From Lama guanicoe (Eukaryota): DNA of 64,000 nt. Shown here piece by piece: positions 52,608 to 63,479 of this stretch; within the stretch, counting starts at the first letter, position 1; the number at the start of each line of letters is the position of its first letter. The stretch lies in contig MU053588.1 in NCBI GenBank assembly GCA_013239625.1, forward strand, positions 1,203,988 through 1,267,987, in the 5' to 3' direction. The position numbers and the translations under genes were made by a program. The notes under the pieces were generated by a model, which saw only the letters and a list, made by a program, of their open reading frames with translations, searched no databases and had not been told where the DNA came from.

Positions 52608-55600
52608 CTGGGCGGGAAAAGACAGCAGATGTGAGGCAGGGGACTTTCAGACTCCCGAGCCACCCTCCCTCCAGCCCAGGCTCACCTGTCTGTGGGTCAG
52701 GCAGACAACCCCCTCGCCCCCATCCAGGTGCTGGCTGCAGTGGCCTGTGCAGAGAGGGGCGAGGTGAGTCCCCCTGCCATGGAGATGTCCTACCTCTGCC
52801 CCACCTGTACCAGGCATGTCACTCACGGAAGATGCAGATGAGCTGGGCCAAACAGGACACAAAATGCTCGAAGTCCACACGCAGACGGCTGTCCCGGTAG
52901 CGGCTAGTGAGGACCTGGGTCAGCTGGTTGTTCAGGTGGAAGCCTGGGGGAGGCCACCTCTGAGCCTGGGCTGCCCCCCTGAACCCCGCCTCAGTGTTTC
53001 ACCCCACTCCGACTCCCCAGGGAAGACACACCATGGGAGTCTGGTCCCACCTCTCAAATCCCAGCTCTGCCTCACCCCAGCTATGTGGCCAGGGGCAGCT
53101 CCCTTCTCTTCTCTGGGCCTCAGTTTCCTCATCTGTCAAGTGGGAACTTTGACAGCCCTAATCCCATAAGATTGTGTGAAGAAGTTACACATAGAGAGTT
53201 TAGGACAGTGTCTGACACAGACTAACTATGCCAGTGTTATTATTCCTTTAAACTCTGCAGAATTTCTGCTAATGGACACTGGAGAACGTTTCTGTGCAGC
53301 AAAGCATTTTGGTCAGTCCCATATGGAGTTAGTTTCTCCCTGCTCCACACCAGGGCTGACGTTTAAAGTTTAGAAATCATCTGATGAGGAATCTCAACTT
53401 TTAAAAGCTAAAAGCAGTGATTCCCCTCCCAGGTCACAGATAACCCTTCCAGACCCCAGGTTGCAGGGTGACTCTCCTCTGTCCCCACATGTCCACATAA
53501 ACACAGTTCTAAGGGTAATTTCATGGGCTCTCACCCCCTCAAGCCCATCTTTACCCCCTATTCTGTGCACCAGTCATTTTAACAAGTAGTTGTCAGGTGC
53601 TGTCACACACTGTGCCTTACTCTAGGGGCCGCTGAGCAGTTGGCCCAAGGGACTGTGGGCCTCAGCCTGGCAGTGTGCCCTCCAAGAGGTCACACCCCTT
53701 CTGGCATTTATGTTTCCTCAGGAATTAAGGGGAGGTGGTGCTGTGCCCAGGGCTGTGGGAGGCCCTGGCCAGCGGAAGCAGAAGGACCTGAGAAGGGGCC
53801 AGGAGCCCCTCAGCTGCCCGCTCTGGCATTCCTCTCCTTCCATGGGAGGTGTCCGCTTCCTTTGACTGCTCCCAGACGCTCCCATGTCCTGTGCTGCCTG
53901 GTACGGGGGCCTTCCCGGGGCCCCCAGTTCTTATGAAACCTGTTACCTAGTCTACTGGGCCCTAGTGACCATGACCTGGTTACCCATCCCCAGGGCCCCC
54001 ATTGTCCCTGGCCACCTGGTGGCCCTCACAGGCTACACATCATCTGCCCCACTCTGTCCCCACCTCCACCTGACCTTCGGCACCATCTTGCCTCCTTTGC
54101 ACTGGATGCGCCCTCTGCCCAGAACACCTCGTCCCCTCTTGGTCTGGAGTATTGCTGCTCCAGTGCGCCCCTCCGTCAGGAAGTCCTCTCAGACACTGAA
54201 CCCCAGCGAGCAGCAGCAAGCTCCTCCTCAGGCCTCCCTGCCGTGCCCGGACCCCTCTGAGCTGTCACTGTCATCGGTGACTCTGGCTGCCCCTGGACTG
54301 GGCAGGGAGGTGCGACTTGCGAGGTCAGGGAGGGGCTTCTGGTCACCCCTAAATGCCCACCATCAGCCAGTACAGGGCCAGGAGCAGAGCGGGTGCTGAG
54401 GGAGTGTTTGTGGAGCAGAGAATAGGGCTGGATTTAAAGAGCTTCTCACAAGGCCTCAGGGGACTCTCCTGTCTTCCCTCCCCAACCTTTCCTCTGACCA
54501 CCTTCCAGTGACCACTTGGCTCCAGCCACAGCAGCCCCCTGTACTCATCTCCATCAGTGGGCCCCTCGTTCACGCCACTCCCTCCACACCAGCCTCCTCA
54601 GGGCACATGTTCACACCTCAGGGTCTTTGCACTGACTTTCCTTCTGTCTAGACTGCTCTTCCCCGGTGTCCTCCAGGCTCACTCCCCCTCCTTCAAGTCT
54701 CTGCTGGAACTTCACCTCAGTGAGGCCTTCCCTGACTGCCCTGTCGTCACCCGCACCCCACCCACTGTGTGTCCCAGCACCGTGGCCTGCCTCCTTTTTC
54801 CACCATAGCATTTATCACCGCCTGACCTAGACATTCTCCTTCTTGGTTGTGTGTCTGCACCACCAGAACATCAGCTCCTTGAGTCCACTTTTCTTCTGCC
54901 TAGAATAACACCAGGCCTGTCCCAGGCACTCGGTAACACTGAGTGAACAGTACAAACCTTCCATCTTCCCCCCATCCTCTCTCCCCTCCGTTTCTGATCA
55001 CCTGGGACTCCATTTCTAAGGGTCACATCTCCCAATCTTCTCTCTCTGACTCCATCTCCCCCTTCTATCTTGAGTTCCTTTCTTGTCTTGTACCTCCTTG
55101 GACCTTTGACCTCCCTCCACTAGGGTCTCCCTTGCCGCTCAGACTCCGGATCACAATCACCCCCAGCCCGTCTCCCCACATCTCACCCTTCCTGTTGCTG
55201 TAGCAGATGAGCCCTGGGGTCGGGTAGGGGTCTGGGAGTTCTGTGTCTCATCCCAGCCACTCCCCAACCCTCCACACAAGGTCGGGTAGGGGACAGATCA
55301 CACAGGCACTTCTCTAACTTACTTCAGAGCCCAGGAAAGTCACTCTCTGGCTCTGCTCCTTGGCTAGGATCTTGTGCTCGCACACAAATGGAATGGGAGG
55401 TTCTACGTCTCCCGGAAGAACAGCCTTTCAGCAGGAGCCTCCCTTCGTATTCTCTGACGCATGGTAACCGAGGCTGCATTCCCAAGCACTAGGCCCTGTG
55501 GGCTCCATTCCACAAGCTCCTCTTACAGAGAGGGAAATGGAGGCTCCAGGTGGTGGACTTACGTGCCCAGGGCCACCCAAGGAGTCCAGGAGTCCCAGAT

Positions 55601-58600
55601 GTTCTAACATGAGGCCCTGGGGGCCAGGGCTTCTCAGACAGCAGCATCCGAGCCCCTCCTCTCTCCTCCCCCCAGGAAGGCCCCCCTCCCCTCAGTGACA
55701 TCCCAGGCCCATGCTCCTCTTACGGCCCCTCTCCCCTGGGGATTCTCCCCACGTGGCCTCTTTCAGGGTCACCCAGTCCCTGCCAAGAGCTGGCAGCAAA
55801 CTAAGGTGCGGGCTTTGTGGCTGGTAGGGTAGGAGTAAGGGGTAGGATGGGGAGCAGGCCCATCCCCCAGATCCCAAGGACCTCTGTCCATACCTGCCGC
55901 ATTCAGCGCCAGCCTCAGCTCATAGGAGTTCATGGTTCCAGAGGCATCCTCATCAAACTTGTCAAATGCAGCCTGGACAGGGAGGTACTGGTCAGCCTCC
56001 CAGCCCCTGAAGGAGGCCGAAAGGGGGCCCTGGAGCCAGACAGCCTGGGCTTCCACCCCAGCTCCCTTTCTTCCTCGCTGCTTGTCCCATGCAAGCAGCT
56101 TAACCACTTTGGGCCTCCTTCCCAGTCTGTAAAGTGGGAGGAATGGTAACAGCAGTAACCAGGTTGCGGTGAGGACAGGCTGATTCTACCCACAAAGGGC
56201 CTAGTGAGGGCTCAACAAACAGTAGCTTATCACTGCTAGTGTAGGGGGGCCTGGGACCCACAGAGGTGGGAATTAGTGTCTCCTATTGGTAGACAAGCAA
56301 AGCCCCCTCATAGGACAGCTGACTTGCCTGAGGTCACACAGCCAGAAAGGTTAAGCTAGAAGCTAGGATTCCAACCCAGGACGAGTCTGCTCTTCATCCC
56401 TGAGCTATTTATCCCCCCTGGACCTGGAGGGACAACGAAACGGTGGACAAGGCAGGGACATCCCAGCCAGATCCCTCCAAGTTGGTTGGTGTGGTGTGGT
56501 GTGGTCTAGTCCCCCCTTCACCTCTGGGGCCCGCTAGCCCTCTCCGTCCAGGAGGAGGTGGCCCTCCCCAGCTCCCCACCTTACCTGCCACTCCAGGAGG
56601 TGGCCCCAGAGCTGCTGGAAGTGGTGCAGGGCCAGGCTTCGCCCATGCTGGGAATGCGGCATCTGGTTAAGGTTAATATTCCCAGAACAGAAGCAGAGTT
56701 CCCCACATCCCCATCCTCCCTTACCCAGGCATGGCCCCCATCATATACCCCAAAACACTGTAGCAGCTGCTCACAGGTCCTGAGCCCGATTTCTCTGGGG
56801 TTCCGAGCATGGGTCCTGGCTATAGGAAAAAAGCAAAACAGTAGCACTTCCTGCATATGGGCCATGACTGTAAGTGCCAGGGATTATTGTTATCCCCACT
56901 TTATAGAAACTGAGGTGCAGAGAGCCATGTGACTGCTGGCAACTAGCAGAGCTGAGGTTTGAACCCAGGCAGCGGGGGTCTCAGTCTGTGCTCACGGCAG
57001 CTACACTCCCTGCCTCTCCCTTAGAGGAAGGGGCACTTTAGTGGCCATGGCCTTGGCCCACAGGTCCTGCCACAGGACCCACATTTGGGGAGATGCCACC
57101 AGGCTGAGCCCAGGGTTCCCATGACCTGACTGTAGCAGCATCATGGATGAACACACATGGGGGGTTCCATGGGGTCAGCTCTTGCTCCCCAACTCACCAG
57201 GCTCCAGGACAATGCTTAATAAGGTCTGGAGCTGAGGGGCACTGAGTTCTTCCTCCTGGCAAGGAGAGAGCCAGTTGTGAGGCTGTTCACTCAGGCAGCC
57301 ATTCAACAAACAGCCTGGGGCAGCCCAGAGAGCATGCTGGGCATTGCTGGAGACACAGCAAAGACAGAGAGCCACAGGCCTGCCCTCTCAGAGCTCGCGA
57401 TTGAGGGAGGGAGAGAGACCTGTCCTCAGAGTGATCAGGGCTGCAATGGAGAAGCAGTGGGCTATGGGAGACACCCAGGGAAAGCAGCTGGCCAGCCTGG
57501 GGAGGGTCTGGGAGAGCTTCCAGAGGAGGGCACATTGGAAAGATGAGGTCTTAGCCCCACAGGGGTTGTGAAGGGAGAGAAAGCAGTCAAGGCTTAGGGT
57601 ACAGATTGAGCAAAGGCGTTGAGGCAGAGAAGGGCTGAGAGCACTTTGAGAAAAAGTCAGGAGATTTAAGCACAGAAACTAAAGCAAAATGAGATGTTGA
57701 GGATGAAAGAGGGGGACAAGGGGAGGGAGGTGGAAGGGAGGGGACCCGCTTTGTCCTGCCCAGCTTCCTCACCTCTCCTGCCAGCTCCAAGAACAGCTGC
57801 TCCAATTCCAGCTCCAGGGGAATGTAGGGGACCTGTGGGGTGGGGGGAGTTTAGTTCTGGCCAAGAAGATTCCCTCCCACACACCATCCTCCCCACCCCT
57901 CCCTCCGCAGCAGCCCCTCACCATGAGGGCATGCATGTCGGCGCTGATCACGTCATCAATCTCCCTGCAAATTACAGATGAGAGATGGGGGAGGGGGCTG
58001 CTCACTCCGCTGCTGGGGATATGGCGTGTGCGGGTCTCAGCTAAGACTCAGAGTGGGTTTTGAGGGGACCCTGGGCTGACCCACGCAGGTGGGGCTGGGG
58101 ATCCCGGGGGAGCCTCGTCGCCTGTGTGGGCCGCGCTGGGCACCACCAGGTAGTGGCCCGGGCGCAGGCGGCAGCGGCAGCTCACGTCGCGGCGGGCGCA
58201 GAAGCGCGAGCGGTCTGCGCGCAGCAGGCTTGGCAAGAGTGCCCGACTGCGCGGGGAGTCCCACAGGTCCAGCAGCTGGGGTCAAGGCAGCATCACCATG
58301 ACCGCCCAAGTTCACCCCACGTGGCCTCCAACCCACCACACCCTCCAGACCACCCTGTCCAAACCCACTCATCACTCATCACTCCAAGTGCCCCCAAGGT
58401 CCCCAGGTTGTCTGAGCCCCTGGGGCTTATTCAGTGATGGATGAAGTCTGGGGTCCCATATGAGACCCACCTCCTCTGGGATCTGTAAGAAGGAAAAGCA
58501 AGGGGAATCAGGGCCAAGGGGAGGTGGCCACCCTTCAGAGTCCCCTAGGCACCCCTCCCTCTCTTTTCTTCCCATCCCATCCCTCATTAAGCCCCTTCCC

Positions 58601-61600
58601 CTCAGTCCTTGACCCAGCCCCTCCTGGACCCTCACTCCCAACTGTGCCCTCAGGTGCCTTCTCTGTTCCTCCATCCCTTCCCTGATCCTCAGCCCCTAGC
58701 CATTTCTCTGACTCCTTCCTGACCCTTCCCCCCTGCCCTTCTGACCACCAGTCTCTCTCTGTGCCCTCCCCTAGCCCCTCAGTCTCTCCTTGACCCGCTC
58801 CCTCCCATTTCCTCAGCTGTGTCCTATCTCTGACCCCTGGCCCCCATCTTCTACCCCCTCAACCTCCCCATCCCCTCCTTGCCCCTGGGGACCCCACCCT
58901 GGCTCAGGGCCCCTCCATGCCTCTCTGTTCCCTATTGCCTCTGCTCAGCCCAGGGTCCCACCTGGAACACGTGGAATCCCACTGTGAGGTAAGTGAGGCC
59001 CTGGGCCCTCAGTCGCCGCCGGTTGCGCTGGATGAGTGACAGGAGCACAGTGCACTTAGGGATGCGGCCCCCCCGTGCAGGGCCTCGTGCCCCCACTGCC
59101 ACCCAGACCCCATAGGGCCCCTCATCATCATCCTCCTCCTCCTCATCAGGCTCCAGCAGCGTCAGCCGGAACTGGGGGTTGGTCCAGAAAGTTTCTAATA
59201 GAGGAGAAAGATCGAGGGTTACCCAGCCTGCCACAGTCCCCCTTGCTTGCCTTCAGGGCCCCCTCCAGGCCTCACCTACCGGCACCAGGCTGGCTCCCGC
59301 CAGAGTTGAAGCCGCGCACCCAGCGGCCTTGGAAGGTGTGAACATGCCAGCCGCCTCCAGTCGGGCTGGGGCCCAGCACCTCAGGGCTCAGCGAGCAGAC
59401 CTGGACGGTGTCGAAGTGTTGGAGGAAGTCCTGCAGTTCCATCCTGGACAGTGGCAGGGAGTCAGACCCTGCCCCAGCCCCTGCCTCCCCAGGGCCCCAA
59501 ATATCTCAAGTTTCCCAAATATCTCAAGACCCCAGAAGCGAATCTCCATCACAAAGCTCCCTAAATTCCTTAAATGTTGCCAAATACACTTCAGTTCCCC
59601 CAAATAATACCATGTCTCCAGAAATGACCCCCAAACTAGAGCTCTCTGGCTCCCCCAGATTTCCCCAAGTCCTCAGAAATGCCCCACATATAGCCGAGAT
59701 CCACAAACTTCCTCCAAATACGGACAAATTGCCTTTAACCTCCAAATAGTAAGACCCTCAGACTCTATCACCAACAAGTATCCTTCAGCCCCTCAGTATT
59801 GCCGTGCCTCAAGAAATGCCCCAGATGTCACCAAGCCTCCTCCAGTTACCCTAAATTTTTCCCACCCCCTTCAACCCTCCAAAGACGACTATGCTTCCAA
59901 ATCTCCCTAATATTACTACTGATTCTTCCTCGACTTCCCCAGATAGAACCTGACCTCCAAATTACCATGGATATGGGCAGTTCCTCCCTGTTAGAACCCA
60001 TCCCCGTGAACCTCTCCCATGTCCCTTCAAGCAGGACTCATCCCGCTCCCTAACCCCACTGGCCTAGCGCCCTTTTCAGAGGCAGGCCTAGGAAGCTGCC
60101 CCACTCACCAGAACTCGCCATCCTCCTTTTTCACCAGCAAGGCATCTCGCCACTCCGTGGGGAGTGCATCCCAGCGTGGGCAGCTGGGGAGACTGGGTGT
60201 CAGGGGTCGGTGGGTGTGGCTAAGCCTCCCCCCTCCCCCAGATCCATCCCACCTGTCGCTCCAGGCCCCGGTCCACTCCACACTGCCCCACGGGTTCCGC
60301 AGCCGCAGAAGCCGCACCTTGGTGAAGCCCAGTGACACCTAATGGAGGCGTGGTCAGTGGGGAGTGGCTGCTTGGACACCTCCTGCCAGCCCACCCCTGA
60401 GGGATCCTCACCTTGTGTGTGCCGGTGACTGAATATGCATGTCCCTTCACCAGCCCATCTTCAGTACGGTACTCACCACGATCACTCTGGGCAGAGGATA
60501 GGGGACAGTGAGCCATATTGGGGGACAGGAGGGTGGCTGCTCCTCTCTGCATCCCCACCTCCTGTCACCACAGCTAGAAGTCACCCAGAGCACCTAACTG
60601 AATGGCACGGGGCTCTGACAGGTTGTGGGAGTTGGCGAGAGAAGGAGAGAGAAGGAAAGAGGCAGATGAAGACAAGAGACCAAAATAGATTTAAAAAGGA
60701 GAGAAACAGAGACACAGGGACAAACATACAGAACAGACAGGGAAAGAGACAGAGAAACACAAAAGACAAAGACAGTCAGTAACTGAGTAGAGGATTAAGT
60801 AAATGAATAAATGAGTTAGACAGACTCAGTGAATAAATGAGTATGTGGTTGGGTCACAGATGAACATATGACCCAGACTAAGCCCATGAAAATCAATCCG
60901 GGGACTTTTGCTGAAATTTTTAGAAAGAGGCACTTTTTTTTTTTTACACACCTCCCCCAGGGTGGTAGGAGGATCCCACAGCTGTGGGGGCCATTTTTGT
61001 GTCCATGAGGGGAAAGCCTGCCTGTAAGTGAAGCTAACCTAGAACGAGGAATAGAAAAACACATTCACAACATCCACTATGCACCTGGATCCAGCTGTGC
61101 CTGAAGCTTATTAGTTTTGAGAGCAAATAAAGGTTCTTTTGACTTGCTCGTGTTTGATTTGTGAGCGAGAATAAGCCAACAGTGAAAGCAGAGAGAAGGA
61201 CCCAGGGCACCAGCCCCTCCCGCCGTGACTGTGCTCCGGTCCTGGTGGGGGTCTCCGTGGGAGTTTCTCTCACCAGTGCAGTGGCGCCCACAAGGGACTC
61301 CTTGGCCAAGGCATGGCGCAGGGCAGAGAAGAGGCCTGGGGTGCCTTGCCTCAGGTAGAGCACCTCACCCACACCGCCTGTGAAGTCCACGAAAGCCTCA
61401 TTCATGTGGCCGCCTCGCATCACCTCATAGGATCCGTGGAGCCTGTGGGAGCAGGTTCGGGGTGGGGTGTCTGAGGCATGTGGGTGTATCTCGGGCAACC
61501 CTTGAGTTGTGGGGGGCCTTTGTCCACAAATTTCCCCATGGTCTATCCCGAATTTCTACACTCTTGAGGTGTGCACACTCTGGAAGCCCTTGGAAATTGA

Positions 61601-63479
61601 GCTGGCGGCTCCTGGGGCCACTGGGACTGCATGATTTGGGGGTCACAGGAAACCTCTGTCAGAATTCTGGGCTTCGTAGGGGCTGAGTCTGACACTGAGT
61701 CTCTGGGAGATGTCTGCTTTGGGGGTGATCCCGATGGGGCTTGTCAGGGATTTCAGAGCTGCAGGATTGGGGGAAGCCAAGCTGTGAGAGTCCTGAGGAT
61801 TACATCCAATATTCGGAGGTGCCTTAGGTTTCTTGATGGAGAGATTGTCTGAGATTACAGGTTCCCTAGCGAGGGGTCAATCTTAGACTTGGTGACTCTG
61901 GGGCCTGATACATGAGATCTCAGTCTCCTTCAGAAGTACGGGTATTTGGTAGGGCTCTAGGAGGATTTTGTGTAAATGCTGATAGAGGGAAGGGTTTCTG
62001 ACTTGGAGGTCCTCAGGCGATGGTGTGACATTAGGGTCCTGGGTGCCGTGCCTTGGTTGGAGATCTTTGGTGGGGTGTCTGGAGGATCCCAGAAGCCAGG
62101 GGGCTCTGAGGGTCCCCTGTGGCCAGCTGGCTGCGACTTGGGTTGGCACTGGGGGGTTTGGGGTCCTTACTTGGCATAGGCCTTCTCCAGGAGTGGGGCC
62201 CAGAACTCGTTCCGCTGAGCTGAGCGCACGAACACCAGCTTCCCCTCACGCACAGGCAGCCTGTCATCCACCACGACGTCCACCCAGTGGCCAAACTGCC
62301 AGAGCTGGTGGGAGAAGGGGTGGGGCCGGGCTCAGCTTCTCCTGACCTCCGACCCCGCCTGTGACCCTGACCCTGCTGTACCAGCCCAAGAATTACAGCC
62401 CCAAGGAGACAGTGTCAACTGTGCAACCCGTGTCACCATGGGGGAAACCGAGGCTTGAACAGAGGAACTGTGCTTTACCTGGAAATGGAAGATACCTGCA
62501 TAGCCACCTTGGAAACCCTGTCCTGGGGGGACAACCCGGCACAGGAGTCGGGGGTACAGAGTGAGGGAGGCAGCGGCGGCAAGAAACCAGCAGTTACCTG
62601 GGAGGAAGAGCTAGGATGGGTGAGGATGGAAAGAGGGAGACAGAGGCGCGAGGAGAGAACAGACTGAGAGGGAGACAGAGGCAGGGACGGGGAGAGATTG
62701 AGGGGCTGGGGGCGGGGCAGAGCGAGGCTGAGGGCAGGGCTGTCAGGGTCCCAGCTGCAACTTGCCGGACCCATGGGCTCAGCATGGGTTCAGTGGTCTC
62801 ACCCAGGCTCCCCTGACACACGTCTGTCCGGCTCATGTCCTCACAGATGAACTGGGGCTCAGCACAAAACTCCTAGGAGTGATGGGGGATTCCAGGCCTC
62901 AGCCAGGAAGGGGAGGGAAGAAGCAACTGGGAGGTCAGATGCCTGGGTCCCCTTCTGCCTTCAGTGCTCCGGAGTAATGAGTGCCTCCAACCACAGAAGA
63001 GGCTTGTAAAGCCTATGGACAGGTGTTTGGCCTCCCTGGTCCTCCCCTGACCCAGGATGGCTGAGCCTGCTCTGAGTCAGTCCCACAGAGACCTTTCCTC
63101 CCTCAGACCCAGGAGTCGGAACTCCCAGACCTTCCTCCTCAGATCCAAGCCTCCAGCCCCTTCCTCCCTCAGACCCGGGAGCCCAGCCCCCCAACCACAT
63201 CCTCCCTCAGACCCAGGAGCCCAGCCCCCATCCACACATTACATGCGGCCTCTTCCATTCCACCCCTTTGGCCTTCTTCGAGTTCGGTCCCAGCTGGTTA
63301 TAGCCAAGAGAATCAGGGCCAGCAGGGAAGTAGGGATCTTGGAACAGGATTCCCTCATCCAGGCAGGCTGCTCGGATTGCATTGTAGTTCTGGCCCCGAA
63401 AAAGCTTCGGGCCCCTGGTCCCAGGCCCTGCCTCCTCATTCACCAGCTGAATGGTGACCCTCCTGCTTCCACACGCCAT
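52581..63479 (-). CDS. CAPN12: Calpain-12, 21 exons; exon 12 truncated in this sequence (possible disrupted allele or assembly error)
   Basis: Catalytic triad motifs [19 protein letters not shown] and RLRNPWG; acidic loop and C2-like domain; penta-EF hand ending WMEVATFS*. Exons would sum to 2160 nt (719 aa + stop) if exon 12 were 209 nt. Confidence 0.95.
52686..52744 (-). CDS. CAPN12: CAPN12 exon 20 (59 nt)
   Basis: [19 protein letters not shown]; cag / gtgag. Confidence 0.94.
52827..52943 (-). CDS. CAPN12: CAPN12 exon 19 (117 nt)
   Basis: [38 protein letters not shown]; cag / gtgag. Confidence 0.95.
53040..53240 (+). mobile_element. MIR
   Basis: tcaaatcccagctctgcc...gggcctcagtttcctcatctgtcaagtggg. 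Confidence 0.8.
54440..54950 (+). mobile_element. LINE-2 3' fragment
   Basis: cctcagggtctttgcactg...ctcagtgaggccttccctgac...atagcatttatcacc. Confidence 0.7.
55894..55972 (-). CDS. CAPN12: CAPN12 exon 18 (79 nt)
   Basis: [26 protein letters not shown] (EF-hand); cag / gtatg. Confidence 0.95.
56585..56647 (-). CDS. CAPN12: CAPN12 exon 17 (63 nt)
   Basis: [21 protein letters not shown]; cag / gtaag. Confidence 0.93.
56749..56819 (-). CDS. CAPN12: CAPN12 exon 16 (71 nt)
   Basis: [23 protein letters not shown]; tag / gtata. Confidence 0.9.
56860..56990 (-). mobile_element. MIR
   Basis: tatccccactttatagaaactgaggtgcagagag...ggtttgaacccaggcag. Confidence 0.7.
57198..57255 (-). CDS. CAPN12: CAPN12 exon 15 (58 nt)
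   Basis: [19 protein letters not shown]; cag / gtgag. Confidence 0.92.
57773..57832 (-). CDS. CAPN12: CAPN12 exon 14 (60 nt)
   Basis: [20 protein letters not shown]; cag / gtgag. Confidence 0.92.
57922..57964 (-). CDS. CAPN12: CAPN12 exon 13 (43 nt)
   Basis: g [14 protein letters not shown]; cag / gtgag. Confidence 0.92.
58111..58275 (-). CDS. CAPN12: CAPN12 exon 12, homologous part only (165 nt); 3' end and donor missing
   Basis: [55 protein letters not shown], then non-homologous [10 protein letters not shown]...NPL* (TGA 58048-58050). Confidence 0.88.
58471..58482 (-). CDS. CAPN12: CAPN12 exon 11 (12-nt microexon, IPEE)
   Basis: Pyrimidine tract + cag|ATC CCA GAG GAG|gtgggt; supplies the calpain 'IPEE' residues. 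Confidence 0.88.
58962..59194 (-). CDS. CAPN12: CAPN12 exon 10 (233 nt)
   Basis: [25 protein letters not shown]...[32 protein letters not shown]; tag / gtggg. Confidence 0.95.
59280..59443 (-). CDS. CAPN12: CAPN12 exon 9 (164 nt)
   Basis: [24 protein letters not shown]...[18 protein letters not shown]; cag / gtagg. Confidence 0.94.
60109..60183 (-). CDS. CAPN12: CAPN12 exon 8 (75 nt)
   Basis: [24 protein letters not shown]; cag / gtgag. Confidence 0.95.
60253..60338 (-). CDS. CAPN12: CAPN12 exon 7 (86 nt, catalytic Asn)
   Basis: [28 protein letters not shown]; tag / gtggg. Confidence 0.95.
60412..60486 (-). CDS. CAPN12: CAPN12 exon 6 (75 nt, catalytic His)
   Basis: [25 protein letters not shown]; cag / gtgag. 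Confidence 0.95.
60860..61180 (+). mobile_element. MLT1 (MaLR) LTR fragment
   Basis: atgacccagactaagccc...gggacttttgctg...cctggatccagctgtgcctgaagc...aataaa. Confidence 0.6.
61274..61442 (-). CDS. CAPN12: CAPN12 exon 5 (169 nt)
   Basis: [32 protein letters not shown]...[10 protein letters not shown]; cag / gtgag. Confidence 0.95.
62171..62304 (-). CDS. CAPN12: CAPN12 exon 4 (134 nt)
   Basis: [44 protein letters not shown]; cag / gtaag. Confidence 0.95.
62479..62597 (-). CDS. CAPN12: CAPN12 exon 3 (119 nt, catalytic Cys)
   Basis: [39 protein letters not shown]; cag / gtaaa. Confidence 0.95.
62803..62872 (-). CDS. CAPN12: CAPN12 exon 2 (70 nt)
   Basis: [23 protein letters not shown]; tag / gtgag. 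Confidence 0.95.
63092..63230 (+). repeat. MSR1-like minisatellite, four degenerate copies of about 30-40 nt
   Basis: tcctccctcagacccaggag(t/c)c..cagcccc units starting near 63096, 63133, 63162 and 63200. Confidence 0.75.
63243..63479 (-). CDS. CAPN12: CAPN12 exon 1 coding part (237 nt)
   Basis: [18 protein letters not shown]...[15 protein letters not shown]...GVEWKRPH | gtaat. Confidence 0.93.

Noticed and set aside
58021..58054. Minus-strand ACTCTGAGTCTTAGCTGAGACCCGCACACGCCAT loosely resembles the missing TLRVFSERRHTA coding tail, suggesting insertion plus decay instead of deletion
   Set aside because: It needs several indels and has no donor in the right place, which does not fit the near-perfect conservation of the rest of the exon. 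Treated as chance unless an orthologue alignment says otherwise.
52581..63479. Calling CAPN12 an established pseudogene
   Set aside because: Only one lesion is present, all other exons and the catalytic triad are intact, an in-phase rescue donor exists, and an assembly error cannot be excluded.
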